From the NCBI RefSeq assembly GCF_036321535.1, contig NC_087437.1, positions 116,252,001-116,316,000 of the forward strand: a DNA stretch of 64,000 bases, written 5' to 3'. The notes beneath the pieces are model-generated. The model was not told the DNA's origin and did no database searches. It worked only from the letters and a program-made list of their open reading frames with translations. The DNA comes from Camelus dromedarius (Eukaryota). Numbering within the stretch: position 1 is the stretch's first letter; every line of letters begins with the position of its first letter. Of this stretch, positions 13,635 through 27,050 are shown piece by piece. A program made the translations under genes and the position numbers.

Positions 13635-14860
13635 CATTTATTCATTCTTTAATTTATGGATTGATTATTAATCCTTTCGTTGATTCATTCCTTGACTCAT
13701 TTACAGAGTCATGAGTCACTGAAACTCTTCTTGTTTGAGCAATTACCACATGCCAGGGGCTGTTACTATGGGTACAAAGAGGGACATGACCCAGTCCCTG
13801 CCCTCAAAGAACTTGCCATCTAGAGGGGGAGACAGACGCATGAAGACAAGATCGTGCTAACTGTGGTGAGTGCATTGACACTACACTTTTAACAGTAAAC
13901 GAGAGGGAGGATCTTAAATGCACATGCAGGGGAGAGTGAGCCAGGGAAAAACCACAGGGACAGTGGCGGGGCCTGGTACTCGGGTGGACTTTTCAGGCAG
14001 GGGGAGCACTGGGAGGAAACATAGGAAAGTGTGGGGGCAGCGTGCAGTGTGCAGAGATGTGAAAGCAGCTCATTGTTGTGGAAGCGTGGATGATGGATGG
14101 AATATCCAGAGATGTGACCAGAATGGCGGCCGGAAGACTTGGACACTGGGTGAACAGTTTAGATCTTATCATGTGAGGTCTGAAGAACAATTTGAGGGCT
14201 GACACAGGAAACTGACACAGACAAGTTCTAGGCTTTGGAAGGTTATATTTGCAGTTAGATTGGCTCTGAAAGGGAGTCAGAGAGGAGAGAGGTCAGGAGC
14301 AATGAGGGGTGCAGTGAGCAGGGGGCAGCCATGGAAGGGCTGAGAAGCGGGGGGTGGGAACACAAGTCATTCGGGGGTTAAACCTGAGCACCGTGTGGCT
14401 GTGGTCGCGAAGGAAGGAGGAAGGGAAGCGGACCCCAGCATCTGGGCTGGGTGACTGCGGAGCCGCTCACAGAGATAAACAACACAGGGCGAGGAGCAGT
14501 ACGGGTGAGGGCTGCAGGCGGCGCAGCACGATGTCCTTCCAGCGAGCACGGACTCTGCAGGCACGATACCCGCCGAGTCCTCCGTCGGTAAACAGCTGTG
14601 TGTGTGATCGCGGACTGAGACGAAGTGACCTTGCCTCCGCTTAGCTCTTCAGTACCATCAATACGCAGGAGCACATTGTTTTCCTGGAGACTCCAGTCTG
14701 TTTTTCCAGAACTGGAAGAGTCCCAGCTCCCTTTGTGTCCATTCATTCATTCACTTATTCACGCATTCACAGACATTGAGCCTCTTCCAGAACCCGGGCG
14801 GCGGCACATACAAGGCGCAGACAAGATAAGATGTGGTAGCTCCTGTTCCAGTGGGAGGCA
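13635..14860 (-). mobile_element. L2 LINE fragments
   Basis: (TTCA)n-like tails at 13640 and 14740; tgagcaattaccacatgccagg...ccagtccctgccctcaaagaacttgccatctagaggg. Confidence 0.7.
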
Positions 14861-15149
14861 GTGGGCTGTGATGGACAATGAGCTGATCTGGAATCAGGAT
14901 CTAATATGGTCACCACAGCTGACTGATGGTATGACCTCAGGCAAACTCTCCAACTTATCTGAGCCTCCATTTACTTATTTTTACCAAAGTTTTCCCAGAG
15001 TTGCTCTGAAATCTGGAGTCAGAGTATCCGAACAGCCAGCATGGTGCTGATCACATATATTCTCCACTCACAATAGCTGTTAGTCTGATAATTGTTAAGG
15101 CAATTAAGGATATACAAGTAAACTGATAATTCTGCTACACTGAGATAAA

Positions 15150-16130
15150 TATTCTGGGAGACAGAAGCACAGGGGAGCACGCAGGGAGAGCTTCCAGCCC
15201 ATGAGAACCGGTAGAAAAAGCACCTACCTAGAATGGGCCACATCTCAAAAGACAGAGATGAGGAAGCTGGTGAAGAGGAAGAGGACCTTCCAGCACAGCC
15301 TGGCATGTTTCAATGCACTGAATCAATCAATAGAGGACCAACACACTTGGGCCACTGCACCTCATTCAGCAGGTAGCAGGCTACAGAGGCTCATGCCAAG
15401 GCCAAAAGGTAGGTGGGGCCAGTTCCTGAAGGTCCCACATGCCGTGTTCAGGAGGTGAGGTCAGGAGCTGAGGCTTTGGTTTGTACGTAGTGGGGTCCCA
15501 GGGCTGGGCAGCTGAGCCATGCTTTACAGACATCACTGAGGCTGCAGGGCGAGGGGTGCTTTAGAGGGAGGATGACTTGCTGCAGTCACCGAAGCGAGCA
15601 CGTGCATCTAAGCCAAGGCAGTGGTAGTGGGAAGGGAGAGGGGCCCGCTTTAAGGGATATTGAGGTAAACTAGGGGTATTCAGTATCTTTCAGTGCCTGA
15701 GGGTCAACAGGAGGAGGACAGTTGACCTGGGCAGTGGATAATGAAGCAAAGCTGTGGGCCATCAAATGGGACACCATAAACCATTCATTGGCTTTACTGA
15801 TGTTCTTGCAGTGACGAGAGAGTCCTGGGGTGGAGATGTAAGCTCTAGGCTTCCTGAACAATAAAGATAACATCTCAAGTCCTGGGAGTGGGTACAGGAG
15901 TGTGTGTAATGAGAAGAAGATAGTTTGGAGTATGGGGACTTGGGAAAAGTACCATTTAAAAAACTGGCAGAAGAGGAGGTGTCTAAAATAAGACTGAGAA
16001 AGGACCAGAAAAGTAGGGAGAAGTTGGGAGAAGACTGGAGCACAGTCTGAAATGAAGGGTCAAGGAAGTGATGGGTGCAATGTGCCCACTGGCTAAGCTG
16101 TTAGTGACTCTGATGGGTGGTGGCAGAGGA
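15150..16130 (-). mobile_element. L2 LINE body fragments
   Basis: Purine-rich L2-antisense character, e.g. ccaaggcagtggtagtggg and ggggacttgggaaaagtaccatttaaa. Confidence 0.5.
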
Positions 16131-17544
16131 CTTACTCCCACAGCTAGAAGAGCCATCTCAAAGCCACCAAAGTAATGGAGGCAAAGTGTCATATCTTTCC
16201 TCCTTAAGGATCCTCTCCACCCTCATCAATTCAGTTCCCCGAAGCTTAGCTTCACGATACCAGGCATCCTCCTTAGCCAGACACCTTGTCTCTCCCCACA
16301 TCCAAAGACAGGTGTTTTGGTCTCTCTCGTCTCATGACTTTAATTACCAATGATCAAAAGGAAACAAAAGATGGCACACAGAACAAACAAGAGAGCCGTG
16401 CCCAGACCTTTCAACCAGGGTCCCATTTCCAATTTAACCCCCTGAAAATGGAATATCTCAGCTGAAAATAGGGCTGAAGACAGATCCAAGATACTCCACT
16501 AAGAATTGGCCAACCAGGTCTACATTCAGAGGCGAACTCATTTCAAGTGGCCAATTCAAAGGCCCCTTGGTACTTCCTCTTCCATTCTCTTGTCTCCACT
16601 GTCATTGTTAATCTTGACCATGTGCTCTTAGGTGTCCAGGAGGCTGGAGGCTGTGTCCTGTTGGGCTGCGTTATGTTTGTGTGGGTGACGGACCTAGATT
16701 CAGAGGAAGCGTCTTTCCAATTCCGTTATCTGTCCCTTTTTGTTGACACCAGTTACACAGTATGAAAGATGTGAGATATTTGAAAACATGCTTGCAAGCA
16801 CCATCGCATAGTAAACCAGCGCAGTCGTTAAGCTAAGGCGTATGGTTCAAATAGGGTCAAAGCAGTCTTTTCAAAGTTGTATGAAACACACAAACAGGAA
16901 TTGCTGGGTAGACTTTGTGAATTAAGAGAATCATTTTATTATTATTATTTGTCGATATTGTGTGTGTATGTGAGTGTAAATATTCACTCACAAATAGTCA
17001 TTGGGGGCTGTATGTGTGTGTGGTTTTCTTTCTTCTCTTCCTTTGGACAGAGAGCATTTGTAACTCACCGACTTCCAACATCAGGGTCGCACTGGGGTGA
17101 GGGTGTGTAGTCAGCCCTTATTACTCAGAAACTCCTGACCCCACTCCTCCACTTAACATTAGCGCCAGAGGATCTTTGACCATCAGGAGTGGTCAAGACC
17201 TTGGTTTCTAGCTATGCTTCTCGTAAAGGAAGTTTCCAGATACAAGCCAAACACTGGCGAAGATTGCTGACTGCAGTACTGTTTTGTAATACTGCTTGGT
17301 GATTTGTAAGCAGTGCTTCTTTTTTAAGTGAAGTCAACCAGTGACCTTGAACTTTCTCCTATAGGTAAAGCCATATGCCCAGCAGGTTCTTGAGAGGACC
17401 TAGTTTCTCACCTAGCTTTGGACTAGCTTCTCTCCTTGATCTAGAATATCACATCCCATATCTTTAAAGGAGCTGCATTAGTTACTAAATCTGGATGGGT
17501 TTGAGGTCACTGGAAGGGCATCTCTGCCCACCCTGCTCCTTCCC

Positions 17545-17870
17545 CAAACATTAAGGCCCTACCATGTAGCAGGCCTTGTGTTGGCATTAGGGTTAAAAGA
17601 CAAACTGATTGCCCCCCACCCCCAACAGAGCTTGGTTTAAGGGGAAAAAGAAGCTTCAAAACAGATCATTCCAGCAACATGTAAGTGTTACCATGAGGTG
17701 TGGACAACTTGCAGAAGGCAGAAGAGCAGAGCAAGAGGAACTCTCCCTGGAGGTTGGAAGAGGGGACATTTGAATTGGGCCTCAAGGGATAAATAGGAGT
17801 TTACCAAGCACAGGGCACAGAGAAGTAATTTGGGGTAAAGGGACCTGCCTAAGTGAAGACACTGGGCCAG
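17545..17870 (-). mobile_element. L2 fragment
   Basis: cattaaggccctaccatgtagcaggccttgtgttggcattaggg...catttgaattgggcctcaagggataaataggagtt. Confidence 0.6.
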
Positions 17871-18719
17871 AAACCTGCTTTATCAGCATTCCTCTGGGGT
17901 GAAGTACAAACTTCTAACTCAGTCCATTAAGTAAAATCATTTAAATTGACACGAAATAACAACTCTGAACGCGTACTAAACACTAGGCTCTTGGATTGGT
18001 ACAACCGAAACATCTCTGAGACTAAATTATTTCATACGGTTTGGACTCGACAGTGTGTGGAAAGTTTCTCGGTAGAACACAGTAAGTGCTTCTCATTTAC
18101 AGTAAAATCTGGAATGTTTGGGAATGATCTGTGCTAGGGAAATTGAATTTTCAGATTAACTGCATAAAAATGGAAAATCTGGTTAAAAGGAAAAAAGAAC
18201 TTCCTAATTTTATTTTCCTTTGAAGAGATAACTGCTGTTAATCTTTTAGAGACATTTCATTTGAATCTTATCTAAAAAGAAAAAAGCAGAACAGTGACTC
18301 CACCTCTTCAGATTTATTGAATGCCTTTTTTAAAAATTTAATGTGTTTGCCGTGACTTTTAAAGACGACATGCTATTTCAGCTAATAAATATTTTATAAA
18401 TTTAAAATCATTTATATATTATTGGCAATCCAGGTTGGTTTGGCTGTTTTAATATTATAGCCAATGTAGAGAAGACTCTTGGACGTAATTCTGAGGCACA
18501 TTTCTTATTAATTCTTAGACTTGGTGAATTTATTTATTATAAATAAATAGTTTTAAATTGGGGGTATGCATTGTCAAATTGCTGCCAAAAAAGTTATGCC
18601 AAATGACTCTACCTGAGGTCACGGACGAAGCCATTCGTCTCTGTGTGCTTGTGGATACAGAGTGTTGACGTGTCTTTCAAAACCTTGGGTTATTTGATCA
18701 GTGAAATCAGTGTGTCTTG

Positions 18720-19965
18720 CCCCCCTGGCTCCTTCTTGCTCTCCCTGGCCCCGGGGCTGCCCCAGACTCAGTCTGGGACTGCTGCTCCCACACCCTATGT
18801 CTAGAAGAACCTCATCCACTTACCTGCTTCGAATTCCACAGTAACGGTGTCCCTCCTGCCCAGGTTTCTCTTTTGAACATCAGGCCCATCCGCACAAACT
18901 CCCGTCTGCATCTCTGCTTAGGTGTGACCCAGCAGCCCCAAGCCCCTCCCGCAAACCTCCCCACCCGAGGCTGGACCCCCCCTTCCGTATTATGTACCAG
19001 AGTGAGCTCCAGACTGATAAAATACCAAAACATTCAAACAACACGGGTATCTAATAACACATGAGTGATTTTTAAATTACAGAGGAAGATTTGATGTCCC
19101 CTGAGTCACAATACCCACATCCCATCCACCTCTTTTTCATGCCAGAAAGTCAGGAGTCCTCTTGGAGACCTGTCTGTACCCCCATCCTCGTCCTAAACCA
19201 CCTGTCAGAGATGCCTATTGGTTCCATCAGGAGCATGTAACCCAGAGCCCCCACTTCTCTCCGTCAGCTGGCACTATCCTTGTCCATGCATATGGGCAGT
19301 TTTAGCTCAGATTACTGAAAGCACCAAAAAACCAGACTTCAGCATCCACGCTTGCCTCTTGCCAATCCACTCCCCAGGTCATGTCACCAGTGATGGCTTT
19401 AAAAAGCAAGTCTGATCCTATCTCTTCCTTGGTGGAAACCCTGAGATGCTTCTTGTTCATCTAGGATGAAGGCCACGGTCTTCAAAGGGCCCACCCACTG
19501 AGCCCTGCACGGCAGGGCTCAGCCCCCTCCTGCTCCACCCCGCTCCACCCCCCCCTTCTCAGCACCTTCCTCACTTCCTGGACGGTGCAAGCTCCAGGCG
19601 TTTGCAAATGCCCTGTGGCCCTCGGCCCACCTCCCTCCCAGCCTGCCTCCTCATCTGCCAAGTACTCCTCCTCCTTTGTCCTCACCTTCATGCCACCTCC
19701 CCAGGGAAGCCCTCCTGGACCTCCAGGCTAGGACATATTATACACCCCATGCTCTAGTCCCTCATCCATCCTTCACTTTCTCCCTAGTTTTCCCCACAAA
19801 TGTCTTGAAATAACTCACCTAATGATTCATTTAATACCTCCCTTCCCTGCTCTGTTGTGAACTCCATGAAAGCACAGATCAAGTCAGTCTTCTTCCCTGT
19901 TGGATCTCCAGAGGCCTGCACAGTGTTTGGCACATAGCAAGTGCTCAAGAAATTGGTGTACAAAG
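18720..19965 (+). mobile_element. L2 LINE 3' region
   Basis: Ends tgtgaactccatgaaagcacag...cctgcacagtgtttggcacatagcaagtgctcaagaaatt, the canonical L2 terminus. Confidence 0.7.
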
Positions 19966-20154
19966 GATCAAAAAAATACGGAAATAGTTTCAAGTATTTT
20001 TACCTTTTAAGTTTTTTTTAAATTGTATATTTATAAATGTTACTGTTCAGGTGACAAGGATTCTTATTGACCTGAGAATTTTTTGTCATTGTGGTCAATG
20101 TAATTTCCTTTGGGTAAGTCTTATTTTGTGTGTTTTGTTTATTGGAAACTTACA

Positions 20155-20345
20155 ATGATAACAGCTAACTCTTACACAATAGTAAGAGTAAACAGGCAGA
20201 GTTTCATGGCACTTTTTGTATTTTAACCTCGCACAGTCCTATCACAAATGGGCATGATTATTAAGGCTAGTCTGCAGATGCAGAAACTGAATCTCAGAGG
20301 GGTTAAGTAAGTTGTTCAAAGTCACACAGCAACTTTTAACAGAAG
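20155..20345 (-). mobile_element. MIR
   Basis: cagatgcagaaactgaatctcagaggggttaagtaagttgttcaaagtcacacagc. Confidence 0.8.
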
Positions 20346-21458
20346 CAGGGCCCTGTCCTCTTAACCTTTACACGACGCTGCCTCTGAAGAAGTGCTTTTT
20401 TTTTTTTTTTTAAGTACAGAGGAGGTAATATTCAACCTGACCTTTGAAGCAAGAGGGAGTTCACGGAGCAGCAAAGCTCAGGACGAGCCCCTGAGGAAGG
20501 AGCTGCTGCCCATTCATGGAGCCAAGGACGCGTTGAGCTGTCGGGAAAGGGCAAGTTCACACCCAGACCAAGTCCTGCAGGCACCAAGATGAAGAGGGAG
20601 TCAGAGCCAGGGCTTAGGAGAGCCTGTTGCTTTGCAAAGGTGTTTGGGATTTATCCCGTCAGCCGTGGAGGCTGCTGGAGGATTTGTGAACTGTCCGAAT
20701 TACTACCCTTTAGATGAGTAAGCTTTCTTTGCTTCTGGGTTAGAGTTATGATGAAATCACGGGAATCTAAAGTTGCATGCAACTGAATAGCGTATTAACT
20801 GTGAAAATCCAGCTTCCGAATTCTGAGAAACGCAGCACGTGAATTGCATATCTCCCCGAGCAGCAGTTCCTCCTCTGTTTCCCTGTGAGAAGCTGTACCA
20901 TTACTTCCAGGGTGGGAGGTGCTGGAACGTCTCCCTGCTGGTATTGTCGCTGCTCAGATTACTTGCTAACCAACCAGATGGTGGTCACCGCCACCACTAG
21001 TGCGTGCAGGGATGTCTTACTGGAAAAGGAGTCAACTGTTAAGTGTCCCAACTCTTCTTCCACAAGAAAACAGCATCTATTTGAGAGGCTAATTGTTTAC
21101 CATGGCAAGAGTGTTGGTAGGGAAATCAATTAAGGATTCAGTAGTTGGGCCTGATTTCTGTGACATAATCAGATTTGCTGCGTGGGGAAGCCTCACTCAC
21201 AGCAAGGGTTACATCCAGGTCCATGGAGCCTGGAGAGATTAGAGGCAGAATTCAGGAGTGACCATGACCTAGGATGGTGGGGAGGGGTGGAGGGAGGTGG
21301 GGGAAGAGGAACAGTTTATTCTCAATCACCTCTAACTAAAAGTTAGGCTTTTTGTTTTACTATGAATATATCACATACCACAATCATTTCAGCCCCGGTT
21401 GTGACTTTGTCATAGTGGAAAGCCCAGTGTTTCAACATGCAGTGGCTTCAGAGACCTT

Positions 21459-21602
21459 TTTTTTTTTTTAACGTTTTTTTTGTTGTTGAGTTATAGTCAT
21501 TTTACAATGCTGTGTCAAATTCCAGTGTAGAGCACAATTTTTCAGTTATACATGAACATACGTATATTCATTGTCACAATTTTTTCGCCGTGAGCTACCA
21601 TC
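21459..21602 (-). mobile_element. Short young L1 3' end inserted into an old DNA-transposon-like relic (about 21250-21670)
   Basis: Poly-T then gttgagttatagtcattttacaatgctgtgtcaaattccagtgtagagcacaatttttcagttatac. TSD CAGAGA(C/T)CTT at 21449-21458 and 21603-21612. Confidence 0.8.
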
Positions 21603-22072
21603 CAGAGATCTTGAGATAACATTTCTGCTCACCACTCCTTCAAAAAGCGAGTTCTTATTAACTAAAACTTGAAAAAGAAGTACCATTTTGTTTTTAAAAT
21701 ATTGTAATGAGTGCATTTGAATATTTTTGTCTCTGCAGTCATATTTATTCTATTTGTATCTATTGAAACACGTTTAAACACTCATAAATCTTACCTGTCT
21801 GCCAAAAAGGACAATAACGCAAAAATGATTAAGAATCCCCGAGCTAAAATATTAAGAATGAGTCTAGACTTACTAGACTTCCTGACACTTTCCAGTGCAA
21901 CATGAGTGAAAAAGCTGCACTCCCATCGCACAATGGTTAGATTTATTTCCTGGATTCCTAGTACTGGGGAAATCTGGGTTGCTGTTCTTCTAAGAAAATT
22001 CTCTGTACATTAAACCCAGTCTTTGAAATTTTTGACCTTCTGAGCTACTCTTGAGCATAGATTTGCTCCTCC

Positions 22073-22283
22073 TTGGGAATGCCAGATTTAGCAAATAAAA
22101 ATATGGGGTGCCTTTGTACTATATCCACATAGTACCTACGTATGGATTTCAAATAAATAATGAATAATTTTGAGTATAAGTATATATCAAGTCCTGTATG
22201 AGTCATACTTAAACTAAAAATTACTTGTTGTCACTTGAAATTCAGTTTTGACTCAGCGTCATGTATTTTACCTGGCAACCCTA
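22073..22283. mobile_element. MER53-like palindromic hAT MITE
   Basis: tgccagatttagcaaataaaaat...agtataagtat...catacttaaactaaaaatt...tttacctggcaacccta. Confidence 0.8.
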
Positions 22284-25200
22284 AAAACACCAAAACTGAG
22301 CTAATGTCCCCAACTAATTAACTACAGGTGGTTAGAATGTGATTTCTTATACTGGAGATTAGTTAACTGCCAAAGGTCTCAGACACTGATTAAATGTGAA
22401 GGTATTTTGAAATTTGAAATTTTCATATTATCACACAATGATCACAAACACCTGTGTTTTCAACTTTGGGACAAGCAGAAATATTACCAGTCCTTAATGT
22501 AAATTGACCGCAATCCAAGAATTTTGGTATTAACGGTGTCCCCCCGAGATCCCGTGATACCCAGTTTCTATATCAGAGAAATGTGGTCGAAGTTTAGACT
22601 GATAGTGAAACTGAATTTCAAAACCTTTTGACACCCATCCCATTGTTGAATAACTTGGTTCCCATAAAGTGAAAGTCATAATTTCCTCTGTCTGGGATGA
22701 GATTCTAATCTTGAAAATGAGGAGCCTAGAAATCACCAAGGGGAAGAATTTTACCCTCATCCAGGTGAATCACACCCAAGCCCATGAATCACCAGTTGAT
22801 AGAAACCAAATTTATCTTAAATAGAAGAAAAAGTATTCAGCATGAAGCCAGAAAAATAAACCAGGCTGTAATTGGTACGTATATTTATAAAGTGATACTC
22901 TTTCTATATTCCTATGCCTTCATCTTAGGAAAAAAATGTAATAAATGTGAGGCAGAAAAGGGCTGATGTGAGTGCTCACAGGTCGTGGGTTCAATGTCTT
23001 AGTGAGGAATTTATTTAGTGGGAAATCAATCTAAATGTTGCAAATTATATAACAATGTATTGTAAAAATGTGGTGATCTAGTCTCAAGCAACTTTTTAAG
23101 TACAGAGATGGGGGTTTGAGAAAACAAACTTTCCTGCTTGCTTTCTTTTTTTTCTTCTTCTTCTTTTAATGTTCTGACTGTGCCCAGTTTGAAGTTTCAT
23201 TAAGTAGAATACACAAACGCTTATTTTTCGACAAGTACCATCTGCAGAACCAGATGCCTTCCATTCCGACTTACTCCGGGCTCCGGGTTCCGACCAGACC
23301 AACCCGATGGCTCTGCGTTTTCATCTCTTTATCTGAACGGGGCCATCGGAGGGGCGGGGGGCATCTTCTCTGTTTTATATTTGAACGAACCCAGACAAGA
23401 AGAGTCAGTAAGATTCCATGAGCTAGTTAAATCTCTTCCCTGAAGAGAAAACTGGGGGCAGTGCGTTAGGGAGGCTAACGCAATACAATACGCCTTGTTT
23501 TTTTTTCTCCCCAGACATAAATTTTCCTGTTTTTCCAGTCATCTTACAACAATGCATGTCCAAGCCACGTTGTGATTAGAGGGGAGAATATGCTTATTAC
23601 CCGAGTTCGTCACATGTTGGAGCACAGAGAGACCGAGGGTGGTAAACCAGAGGAAATTTCCATTTGCTTTTTAGCTGTTGCACATTCTTACTCTATAGGA
23701 AAGTTAGCTGTTATTAAGTAATAACGTTCAGCTGAAGCTGGTCACTCATAACAACAGACAGATGGATAATGTTTTATTTGGGTTAGCCAGCTCGCTCCCA
23801 AATAAAGGGCCTGAAATTAAACTGTCTTTACAAAAATATTCAGCAAATGATACCTTTCTCCAGAGTTCAGATTCTTCGCCATGGCAAATGGAAAATGAGT
23901 CTCCTGGTGAACCCTGTATCTGTTTAAACTTGTCTTTGCCAAGAGAAAGGTTGATGTTCTCCGGAAAGTAAAAAAAAAAAAATTTTTAAGATTCTACATT
24001 GAGGAGTAAAGGGTATCACTATGCAAACCGCATTTAGAGGTGGAAAAGGATTTTTTAGTTACTTATGGAATTTGATACAATAATAATGGAATGGAAACAT
24101 AGGGGAAAAGGCTAAATATTCGACCACAGAGGCAAATTGGATCATCTGATGCTCACATGCAATGTAAAAATGTGGGATTTGTCTTGGAAGAAGTACTTGT
24201 TGCTTTTCCAGTGTATAATAAAGCAAAAGATAGACCTTGCTGGTTCTCTGAGCCATCACTGACAACCTCTAGCCACATAATCCTTTCAGAATTTGGATGT
24301 TCTAATTTAAGACATTCCTGATGCAGCGGCTGGAGTATGGTACCTGAGAGCGGGCATTTCTGGTGAACATCGCTAAGCAATTTTGATGCCGTGGTCCTCC
24401 CTGTCTCTGCTGCCCTGTCTTCAGGGTCCAGCGAGATACATAGCTCATCTCAAGATATTTCCTGACCACAAAGAGAGAAAGAGACCTGCCCAACAAGTGG
24501 ACTAAGACTCACAAAGGCTTGTTTCCAGCCCTGCTCCTGCCACTGGCTCAGTGACCTTGAGCAAATTACTCAAACTTTCTTGATCCTCTTTTTTCTCCAG
24601 ATGTAAAGTTCTAGGTTTAAGCCCGATGAGCCCGCCCCGGAGTGCTCCCAGGTGTCGGGTAAATGCCAGATTTACCGAGTTAAGCGTGCTTCTCTGCTAT
24701 AGAACTTCTCAGACCCTGTGATGGGCTAGCTTGCAGTGTGAGTCTCCAGTGGGTGGAGACAGCGGGTTGTTTGGAGGTTCGGTAGGCAAAGCTTCCCCAA
24801 ATTGCCTGACCACAAATTGCTTTATTTGTGGAACATCTGTAACCACACTGGAGGCTGAGCAAGAAGACCGCTAAAGTCCTTCTGGCTTCAGCTCTCTTGG
24901 CTCTAAAAGCCGGGGTCTTTCCTCGGGCCTCTGACGTTCTCAGCCAGTGAATCCTGAAATCCACTCTGGGATGATACCCACTGCCCAAAGAAGAACGCTT
25001 TTAAACTAATTGCTTTCCTTTGCCCAGAAATTCTCATTCCCTCCCCCTCCCCCACCCCAAGACAGTTCACCTGAACTGCGATTCTCCTGGGACACTCTTC
25101 CCAGGTAGCTGGAAACTCACCCAGTGGCTGCCATCTTTGTATATTTAACCCCGTTGACTTGCTCTTCCTTGTCACACCAGGGGGTCCATTCCTTTGTTTG

Positions 25201-25297
25201 AAAGCAATGAGACTGAACTTTCAGGTAACCCAGTTGGCATGCTTGTGAATTTCCCACACGCTCCGTGTAACTCTAAGTGGTGAACAGCGTGGACGAT

Positions 25298-25475
25298 GCT
25301 CTCAGAGTGTGGTCTCAAGACCTGCAGCGTCAGCATCACTTGGGGACTTACTAGAAGTGCAGATTCCTGGGCTCTGTTCTAGACGCACTGAATCAGAGAC
25401 CCTGGGTGGGGCCATGTGTGTCTCAAGACTTCCAAATATTCTGACACTCACTGACGTTGGAGAACTTGCGTTGTA
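25298..25475. mobile_element. MER5A-like DNA transposon
   Basis: ctcagagtgtggtc...gcagcgtcagcatcacttggggacttactagaagtgcagattc...actgaatcagagaccctggg. Confidence 0.8.
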
Positions 25476-25479
25476 GAGG

Positions 25480-25955
25480 TGAGAAGAAAGGACTACAGAC
25501 TCAAACAGACCTTATGGCGCATCAGTTTCCTTACTTGGAATACAGGAATAATAGTAGTAACTCCTCTTTCGGAATCAAAGTGAGAGTTAAGTTAACATAC
25601 AGCACCTCGTATAAGGTCTGACACAGGATAAGCGATAAATACATTACAGCTATTTATTCCATAGGGGCTACTAACACGTAATGAGCAGGAAACCTGTTCT
25701 ATGCTGCATTGCACCACGTCATTGGAAGAGATGCTCCCCATGAGTTCGTTTTGAGGACAGAGGTGCACAGGGATGGGGGCAGACAGATCTGGTTTGCCAG
25801 CGAGGTCCTCCGTGTACTAACTTTACAAACATGGGTAACTTACCTAGTCTAAGCTTAGTTTCCTCACTCAGAAAGCCAAGAAGTTACTTTCTTCACAAGG
25901 TAAAGAGAAGGGTTAAATAAAATACCCTCTGTAATTGCTTTGAAAGGTGCCTGGT
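25480..25955 (+). mobile_element. Two MIR fragments
   Basis: tcagtttccttacttggaatacaggaataatagtagta and catgggtaacttacctagtctaagcttagtttcctcac. Confidence 0.55.
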
Positions 25956-26356
25956 CCCTTTGAAGTACCCCCATCCCAAATGAAGGTTATCAGTGACAAT
26001 AACGTCATCGACATTCGCCTGGTGTGTTTGCCATCACAGGTCATGAGGCCACCAGATCCTTAACCAAGGGCTTCTTGCTCCACAGAAGTAAGAGCGACAG
26101 AATCTGAGGTCCTTAAATCTTGCCCTGCAAAGTTATCATGATAAATGCAAGCACTAATTTAGAAGTAAGTCCATGAGAAGAATTATTCACCTTTTCTATG
26201 CTGTTCTGAGGGATCAGGCAAGTCTTTCTTCCCACTGAAATCTTGTTAGATTTGTATTTCTTGTTCTATTCAGGGTTTAGCCATAGACCAACATTTGCAG
26301 TTTACATTAAGAGATATTTCAAAACTTTGCAGATTTTCTTTAAATACAGTAGCTTT

Positions 26357-26584
26357 TTTTAACTTATTTTTTTATTGAAATGTAGTTGATTTAGAATGTC
26401 AGTTTCAGTGTACAGCAAAGCGATATATATATAGAGAGAGATAGATATATATATAACTGTATATATACACACATTTATATTTTTTCAGTTTCTCTTCCAT
26501 TATGGCACATTACAAGAAGTTGAATATAGTTCCCTGTGCTATACAGTGGGTCCTTGTTGTTTATCTATTTTATATACAGTAATG
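26357..26584 (-). mobile_element. 5'-truncated L1 with TSD
   Basis: ttattgaaatgtagttgattt...ttgaatatagttccctgtgctatacagt. TSD TAAATACAGTA(G/C)CTTT at 26341-26356 and 26585-26600. Confidence 0.88.
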
Positions 26585-26654
26585 TAAATACAGTACCTTT
26601 GAGATCAAGCAGGTAATCCTAACATACAAAAGGATGTAGTAAAACCATCCCTGC

Positions 26655-27050
26655 AGTCAGACTTTCACTAGGTTTTGCCTCGTAACAAACAATTCCAAGA
26701 ATTCAACATGGCAACAAGGGTTTTTTCCCTCACCCGTGTTACAAGTCAGCTTTGGCTCAGCTGTAGCTTAGCTCCAAGTGTCTCCCTCCTCCCACCATCC
26801 AAAGGAAGGAACAGCCCTATCTAGCCTCACCCGAGATCAGTGGCAGAATCGAGCCATTCTCACACCTTTGTCCAGGTGAGGCTTGAGTTACTGCGGCTCA
26901 CACTTCATTGGCTGAAGCAGTCACATGACCGCATCTGACACAAAAGGGTGGAAACATACTCCCTGGCAGGGACAAGCCCAGGGAGGGATTCTTTTGGAGG
27001 GATCCAGCAGAGAAGGGGCAGCTAGCAAGTGGAAGCAACAGCCAACCACA
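26655..27050 (-). mobile_element. MaLR LTR (old MLT1 subfamily)
   Basis: gtaacaaacaattccaag...ttcattggctgaagcagtcacatgacc. Confidence 0.6.
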
